From Octopus vulgaris (Eukaryota), in the NCBI GenBank assembly GCA_951406725.2, contig OX597814.1:187426001-187490000 (forward strand): 64,000 bases of DNA, read 5' to 3'. The notes beneath the pieces were generated by a model that was not told the DNA's origin, made no database searches, and saw only the letters and a program-made list of their open reading frames with translations. Below, piece after piece: positions 55,407-64,000 of this stretch (position 1 is the stretch's first letter; each line of letters starts with the position of its first letter). The translations under genes were made by a program, and so were the position numbers.

Positions 55407-56212
55407 TGCATGGGTTGGATGGAATATTGTTGAGGTAGATATCCTACAGCTAGATGCCCTTCTTGTCACCGACTCTCAGTTGTTCCCAAAAAAGGTAATA
55501 TTTCCCTATAAACAGACATGCTTTTGCAAAAGTATGGGATGGGAGAACACTCCTTGCATGAAGGTAACATTTGTTTACAACTAGCATATGATGACAAGAC
55601 AAGGAGACAAGACTAGGTGCCTGTAGAAGAGAAAAATCTGTGAAGACATGATGAAGTAATGAAGACTCAATCTTAAGCTGCTAACAAGAGACTGACATGA
55701 GACTCAACAGCGGCAACATGCTGTGCTGAAGAAAACCCACATTCTTGTGCAAGAATGGCAGAAACAACATGGAAACAAGTAGTGGTGATGGCTGGGTTAC
55801 TCTCATTGCATTCATCTTCTGTCCCCCCTAGAGAGAACACTAAAATGGTTAGCAACAGTGGCTGAGAACATCTCACTCCCTCCTCCTCCACTGCTTCTAT
55901 AGTACTCACTTGTCTCTCTTTCTCTCACAGCTTCCCCTACATGCATCCCTGCATACCCACCCTGCTTCTCCTTCTTTCACTGACATTTATTTTCCCTCCC
56001 CTTAGCTTCTCTGCAGGCCTCAAAACCTTCTCATTTCCTTCTCTTTGGCTCAGGATACCCCACTTCTATTTCTTTCACTGCCCCTTTCCTCACAGCTTCT
56101 CCAGTTACTTGTCACCCTATCTCTTTTTGAAGCACTCTACCCATCCATATTCACCCATCTAATATGGGATAGCACTGGATCTTCTTACTCTACCCGCTCC
56201 ATCATCTGTATC

Positions 56213-56258
<46 letters not shown>

Positions 56259-57285
56259 TTTCTTTCTAACTCCCTACACCATATTTTACTCCACTCAACT
56301 TTTTCTGTCCTTTCCATGACTCATCTCGAGCATTGTTACAACCCACTACAACCCCTTACAACAATGAATCTGTTCCTCCTTTCATACTAACCATCATCTT
56401 CCCCATTCTTATTTACCATTGATCAACTGCCCTACCACCAACCTCGCTCCCATTTACAACATCCACTTCCTATATACACCTGACCCCCCATCAATCCTAT
56501 GTTTATATCCATTTCTCACTCTCCTTGACACTTCTACAACCTTATTAACTTCAGGAGTTCATTCTCCTGTCTCTATCCTCTCTTCTAATTATATTTTTGG
56601 ACATGTTACTTTGAGGGTACTTTCCAGCAACTTGTCACTAACATATTTAACTCCCTTTCAGGTACCACATCAGCCACACACAACCACCCATGTAAAATGC
56701 ATGACAACCATGAATCACCCCAACAACAAACATGTTCCTGCATCTATCATTCTCCCTTTAAAATGTTGTGAGTTACAAGGCAACTTCGCTAGAGCTAGTA
56801 CCACAAACGAGCACCATATACACTCTGTAAAGTGGTTGGTTTTAGGAAGGGCATTCAACTGTAGAAACCATACCAAAAACTGAAACACTGAAGCAAAACA
56901 TGGTCCTCTAACATGCTGGACCCAGTCAAACCATCCAAAATATACCAGTATGAAAAGCTGATATAAAAGTGGTGATGATGATACAGTGTGTGTGTGTGTG
57001 TGTGTGTGTGTGCATACGCGTGCACACACATATGCATGTGCATCATCAGCATCAGCACTTTTACATCTACTTTTCCATGCTTGCATGGGTTGGATGGAAT
57101 ATTGTTGAGGTAGGCTTTCTACAGCTAGATGCCCTTCTCGTCACCAACTCTCAGTTGTTCCCCAAAAAGGTAATATTTCCCTATAAACAGACATGCTTTT
57201 GCAAAAGTATGGGAAGGGAGAACACTCCTTGCATGAAGGTGACAGTTGTTTACAACTAACATATAATGACTAGGCAAGGAGACAG
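55407..57285 (+). repeat. Dispersed direct duplication of ~200 bp (55407-55610 and 57081-57285)
   Basis: ttgcatgggttggatggaatattgttgaggtag...aaggagaca is present twice with few mismatches. Confidence 0.9.
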
Positions 57286-58077
57286 TAACACACACAGAGA
57301 GGCATCTTTTAGTTTCTATCAACCAAATCCACTCACAAGGCTTTGATCAGCCTGGGACCATAGTAAACAACCTGTCCAAGGTGCCACACAATTTTGGGGA
57401 TTCAACCCAAAACCATGTGGTTAGGAAGCAAACTTTCTAACCACACAGCCACGTCTGTGCCCCCCTCTCTCTCTCTCTCCTAGCTTTAGTTATTCTTCTT
57501 AATTCTTCATGTAATTTCCAAATTGAAATCTCTCTAAAACCTTAGTTTTCTTTTCCTCCTGTGTTTTCATGTTGGCTAAATATTTTTCATACTACCTCTC
57601 AAATAATCCTTGCTTGTTTGCGATGCACCCGACCATTCCCACCCTGACCACCAATACTGGTTATCTCGCTTCTCTCACCGGAAACCCCCTACCTCACTAG
57701 GGGTCTCCTCTATCATACCCGCAATCTCGCAACCCTCCTCTACCTCTCTCCCAGGACTAACACAATCAGTTTAGCAGCCTACCTACTTAATCTAGTATTG
57801 GAATATTGATATTCATATTTACTTCTATTTATTTCTGTTTATATCTGCAGCACTAATAGTGCTTATGTTTACAATGCTCATAATGCTTATGCTTGCAATG
57901 TCGCTAACACTTACTCTTACCCCCAGTAGGGGCAACAATCTTAACATCCTTGAATGATGACAGGTCAAAAGTGAGAACAGGTGTAGCATGTCTATCAAAC
58001 GAACATGGAAACTTTCTTTTCAGGTGCTGAACAAATCCCCTTCCCAGGTTTCCTCCCAAATTCCTTTCCCAGTTTTT

Positions 58078-59478
58078 AGAGTTGGCACTGAAAGGTAGGT
58101 CTAGTGAGATTGTAGAGATGCTTCAACAGAGATGTGTTGATGTATGCTGCATACAAGAGGTAAGGTAGAAAGGGCTTCAGCCAGGGTCCTCACAGGCAAG
58201 GCACATAGGTATAAAATCTTCTGGGAAGGTAACAGTGACAGAGTAGGGGGTGTAGGCATACTCCTTGCACAGAAATGAGTGGATAAGATCATAGAGGTAG
58301 TCAAGGTGTGCAATAGAGTGCTTAAGCTTAGGCCAGTCTTGCAGAATAGTATAGCTACAATTATCTCTGCCTACCCCCCACAAGCGGGCCTACCAAATGA
58401 TCAGAAGGACCACTTTTATGATATCCTTCTACAGGATACCTCAAAGACTAGTGACTGTCAGTAAGGTGAAGGTCGGCAACGAGTATAGTGATGAATTCCA
58501 ACTTGAAGTAGGGGTTCACCAAGGATCAGTCCTCAGCCCCCTGTTATTCATCATAGTCCTCCAGGCAATAACAGACTGTATGATGCATGTATGAACAGCA
58601 ATGCTACATGGCAGTGAAACATGGGCCATGACTGTTGAAGACATACGTAGGCTGGAAAGAAATGAAGCTAGTATGATCTGCTGGATGTGTAATGACAGAG
58701 TGTAAGCACCCTGACATAAGAAGCATCAGATGTGGTGTACAAGAGAGACAACTGTGCTGGTATGGTCATGTGCTACGTATTGATAAGGAAAGCTGTGTGA
58801 AGAAGTGTCACACCCTAACAGTGGAAGGAACTCGTGGAAGGGGGAGACCCAGGAAGACAAGGGATGAGGTGGTGAAGCACAACCTTCGAACGTTGGGCCT
58901 CACAGACAAGAGACTGAGACCTTTGGAGATATGCTGTGATTGAGAAGACCTGGCAAGCAAAGTGAGATCACAGCTGAAGCCTATACCAGTGTCACATAAC
59001 CAGCTCATTTAAAAGTACCCTTGAATATCGGGCGATATGCTGTGCTTGAGAAGACCTATTGAGTCAAGTAAAATCAAAAACAAAAGCAAATCAAGATTGA
59101 AATCAAAATGGAAACTGTAGTTGTGGCCGCCCGTGCTGGTGGCACATAATAAGCACCATCCGAGCGTGGTCAATGCTAGTGCTGCCTGACTGGCTCCCTG
59201 TGCCAGTGGCATGTAAAAAGCACCATCCGAACGTGGTCAATGCCAGGGCCGCCTGACTGGTTCCTGTGTCAGTGGCATGTAAAAAGCACCCACCACACTC
59301 TCAGAGTGGTTGTTATTAGGAAGGGCATCCAGCTATAGCAACCTTGCCAGATCGGATTGGAGCCTAGCGCAGCCTACGGGCTTGTCAGTTACCAGTCAAA
59401 TCGTCCAACCCATGCTAACATAGAAAACGGATGATGAGAATGATGATGATGATGATGATGATGACGATGACGATGTAT
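58078..59478 (+). mobile_element. Internally deleted RTE-clade LINE: APE endonuclease, RT motif, C-terminus, 3' UTR and (GAT)n tail
   Basis: KGRSSEIVEML, VDVCCIQEVR, GGVGILL, IISAYPPQAG (APE); GVHQGSVLSPLLFIIV (RT); AMLHGSETW, WYGHVLR, GRGRPRKT (C-terminus). Continues into the dispersed repeat family. Confidence 0.9.
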
Positions 59479-59489
59479 AGAGTTATGAT

Positions 59490-60490
59490 GACAAGCATTC
59501 TAGTTGATTTGATCAACCGAATAGCCTGCCAATGAAATTAATGTGCAATTATTGAAGTACTTAATATAGTTCTCAGGGAGATTCAGCATGACACAGAGTG
59601 TGTGAGGGTTGGCCGTTTTGAATTACAGGTATCACTCACTTTTGCAAGAAGAGTGGACTGAAGCAACAAGAATAAAGTGTCTTGCTCAAGGACACAACAT
59701 GCTGCCAGGCCTTATGAACTTTTAATCTTATGATCATGGGCCCAATACCCCACCCACTAACCCATGCAACATATGCATGTACACACACACACACCACCAC
59801 ACCACCACCACCACCAAATATATCATGGAAGGGTGGTTTTAGCTATTTAAAAACACACAAAAAATGGTACATTAATTTTTTTTATTTATTGTAGTTGTTG
59901 TACAACTACAATCGAATCACTTGGAAGAGTTTCACTGCATCTCAGTAGAATGGTGTCAACGACCGAGCCACAGTTGCACGACTATAAGTTTGACACCTCA
60001 AAAAAATAAATGAAAAGTTAATTTAAACAGTTTTTGTGAGCTTCAGCGAAAATGATTCTTTCAAAATATAATTACTTCAGCTTTGAAAAGGATTCATATC
60101 AAGTATGGCTCCAAAACATGTATAATGTCATTATCAAATTGTGTGTGCATGTGTGTGTGTGTGTGTGGGGGAGTTTTGTTTGTTTACGTGTGTGTGAAGG
60201 CACACAGTCTAGTGGCTAGGCATGCTGCATTCACACTCTCATGATCATGGTTTGAATTCAGAGACTGGCTGTGTGTTGTGTTCTTGAGCAAGACGCTTCA
60301 CTTCACATTGCTCCAGTTCACTCAACTTTAAATGGGTAAACCTACGACAGACAAGCATTCCATTCAGAGGGGATGTTGGCCTTCTCGCCTAACCAGTGGG
60401 GTGGCATCATTCGAAAGCTAAAACGATGAAAAGCGCATTGTGACCAGTGATGTATAACAACATCTGATAGTCTGGTCAATCACATGAGAG
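59490..60490. mobile_element. Two tRNA-SINEs (59490-59770 on -, 60197-60490 on +)
   Basis: Shared core ttcttgagcaagacgcttcacttcacattgctccag with different tails. Confidence 0.65.
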
Positions 60491-60807
60491 ATATATATAT
60501 ATACATATTCAGACATAATCATACATATATGTATACATATTACATTGCACACATGAATATATATATACACATATATATATATGCACGCATGTGCACGCGC
60601 ACACATACACACATACATACATACATACATACATACATACATACATACATACATACATACATGACAGAGCAATGCCATTACTTGTTTTTCTAATACGCGC
60701 AACACAAATGTGGCTATGATGGGCACCTCCGGCAGCAGATGTTCAGAGAGCCTACCACTCATACATACAAACATCTTTAATCCATCAGTTTCTTTTGCCA
60801 AATGTTA

Positions 60808-60849
<42 letters not shown>

Positions 60850-62341
60850 CGTGCGCGCGCGCGAGTGTAGACACACACACTACAATACTAAAATAAAGAT
60901 TGAGGGACCCACAATTCAGTAAAGGACTTGATACCTTCTATATATATAGAGCCTATATTTAATTTCTTAAGCAATATATCAGTAGATAGTATACTCTGTG
61001 TGTTTGAGTACATATATAAATTTGCAACTCTCTTTATCTTTCTCTCTCTGTGTACACACATACATATACATATACACATATGCCCGCATACACACACACA
61101 CACACACACACAAACATATAGACAGGCAGACATATACACGCATACATATATACATGTTCACACATATGTGTATGAGTGAGAATATGCATATTTGTAGGTG
61201 CACAAATACAAATCTATTTTGAATTTTTCTAAATCACAGTTGCTTTTACCTTTTCATATTTTTAACTAATACAGAATACAATGCAAAAAAAAAAAAAAAC
61301 TACTCATATAGTTTTAGCAGAAGGTAGATATGTGTATATGCAAATATGTGTGTGTGTGCACGTGTGCAAATGTAGATAACTGCTTGTTCTTTTCTTTTTG
61401 TTTTTAATTAAAAAAATATTTTAAAATCAGTGCAGGTAATATGAAAATCAAATATTTTCTAATGGTTACTCATAAACAAAACAACTACTAAATTGATAAT
61501 ATAATAACTATTTCAGATTGAAAATTAAAAGTAAAAATTAAATACTGTGATATTTTCTTTTTAATATATAGCATATTTATTGATATAAATATATCAGTTA
61601 TACTCCCTAAAACATAACAACACAAATATATACAGGCTTGTATATGTCTCTACAATAACATTTCTCGTAACAAATACAGATAATTATGCAATTGATCGGC
61701 TTTTGAAAAATCTATTGGAATAAGGGAAGTAACTCAAATATTTAATTCATTAAAAGCTCATTTATGAATTGACGATTTTTTAAAGCATTTCTCTTGATTA
61801 GCACAATTACTTAGATTGACACAAGACCTACGATTACGGGGAAAGTAAGGGAAGATAAATCTACCTGCAACATATAAGCCTTTTTTTTATAGATCACTAA
61901 GAGAAATCAAATGGCTATAAACGGTAAATCAAGATATAAATGTAAGGCTTGACAGCCTGGGGGAAATAAGACTATTTTATCATTTGTTTCAGTCACTGGA
62001 GTGTGGCCATGCTGGGGCACCACCTTGAAGGGCTTAAGATAAATAAACTGACCGCAGTACTTTTTTTCTAATGCCTGGTACTTATTCTATCAGTCTCTTT
62101 TGCTGAACAGCTAGGTTGCAGGGAATTCATTAGATAATATTATTATTAACAATAGCAATAAAAAATATTTTCAATGTCCCCAATTTTTCTTATTATTATT
62201 TAATTAAATTCAAACTGTGCAAAAAACGAAAAATAAATAAATCACAACTTGGCACAGTTCTATATTTTTGAGATGAGGAATTATGTACATTATTTACATT
62301 ATTTACATTTGACAGATATTTTTCTTAATCTTTTTGTTGTT

Positions 62342-62387
62342 AACACAACGTTTCAGCTGATATACCCTCCAGCCTTCATCAGGTGTC
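62342..62387 (-). ncRNA. Minimal type I hammerhead ribozyme motif in a Penelope-like fragment (~62250-62412)
   Basis: Minus strand GACAC-CUGAUGA-a-GGCUG-gaggguauau-CAGCU-GAAA-CG-UU-GUGUU: intact core, 5-bp stem I, 5-bp stem II, palindromic ACGU stem III. Confidence 0.7.
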
Positions 62388-62449
62388 TTGGGGAGATTTC
62401 AAACCTGGGTTCTCAAAAATTTCAGGTTTTGTGCCTTTAGTAGAAATTA

Positions 62450-63170
<721 letters not shown>

Positions 63171-64000
63171 CTTACCTAAGAGACTGCCACTGCTGCTGCT
63201 GTCATCAGCAACAACTAAGAACATTCCTTTGTATCTGCTTGTTTTCCCACACCCCACCCCTGTACAGAAATCCTGTTAATCCTCTCACATGTTTTTATAC
63301 CTGAAGATGTAGGGGAAGGGGTAAAAATGGATTCCTCACCCAGTATATGAAGACACTGCAAGTGAGAGAGGTTCTCAATGCCTCAACCAATGGGAACGAT
63401 TACTTTTGTCTAGACCAATATGCCTTTTACATCATAGTAAATGTGGTTTCAAATTTATTCCAGTATTGAAACTGGCAGTAAGCCAATGGAGCTTCATTTG
63501 CCTTGATGTTAGTTTAATACACCGTCGCCTCATTTATATCAGCAATATTCTTGAGAAAGTCATTAACATTACAATTTCTCATTTCACAAATCTCTATAAA
63601 TTTGAGATGCCCTATTTTTCTAGTCTTTTATTTTAAAATCATGCCTACTTATTGACAATATATACTTCATTTCACATTTTTAATATGAAAAGAAGTTATT
63701 TTAGCTTTATTAATAATTTCCACTGGAGGGTCCCTTTCATATTGTTTTGTTTCAATACAGAGCATGGTCTGATGGTTCTACGCTGCAGTTTTTATAGTAT
63801 CAAAGGGGAAAATATCAGTGAAGTTATATGGAAGAAGCATCTGCATTTCTGAACCCCTCCACCTACAACTTTTATCTTAGTATTGAAGGATGTTGATAAT
63901 ATTTAATTAATATGAAGCCATTGAATATGATACAGTGTAACCAGCCTATGCTAGGCTCTTGTTTGAAACTGGCTGTATCAACAATATCAGTAAGGTGATG

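Noticed and set aside
56419-56883. 154-aa plus-strand ORF
   Set aside because: Pyrimidine-rich low-complexity sequence running into an RTE-tail repeat.

Overview
AT-rich, CpG-depleted, repeat-dense eukaryotic DNA. The repeat families and microsatellite load look like a coleoid cephalopod, probably Octopus (inference, no search run). I can support only one host coding exon: a 106-nt minus-strand exon at 27712-27817 ([35 protein letters not shown]) matching the N-terminal TPR-like domain of ZMIZ1. I did not find the neighbouring exons, so the window is probably two very long ZMIZ1 introns. The rest is decayed LINEs (L1/Tx1, RTE, CR1/L2, R4/Dong), tRNA-derived SINEs, MITEs (mariner, piggyBac-like, a TTAGGG-containing TIR element), a probable solo LTR and microsatellites. 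Nearly all ORFs in the supplied track are spurious or transposon remnants. The most notable items are two Penelope-type minimal hammerhead ribozyme motifs, a TIR element flanked by a ~53-bp direct repeat, a CpG-retaining promoter-like island inside the intron, a multiply deleted RTE joined to the commonest dispersed repeat, and SINEs with swapped modules. I did not find a clearly new multi-gene system. Repeat boundaries are by eye and approximate unless termini are quoted.
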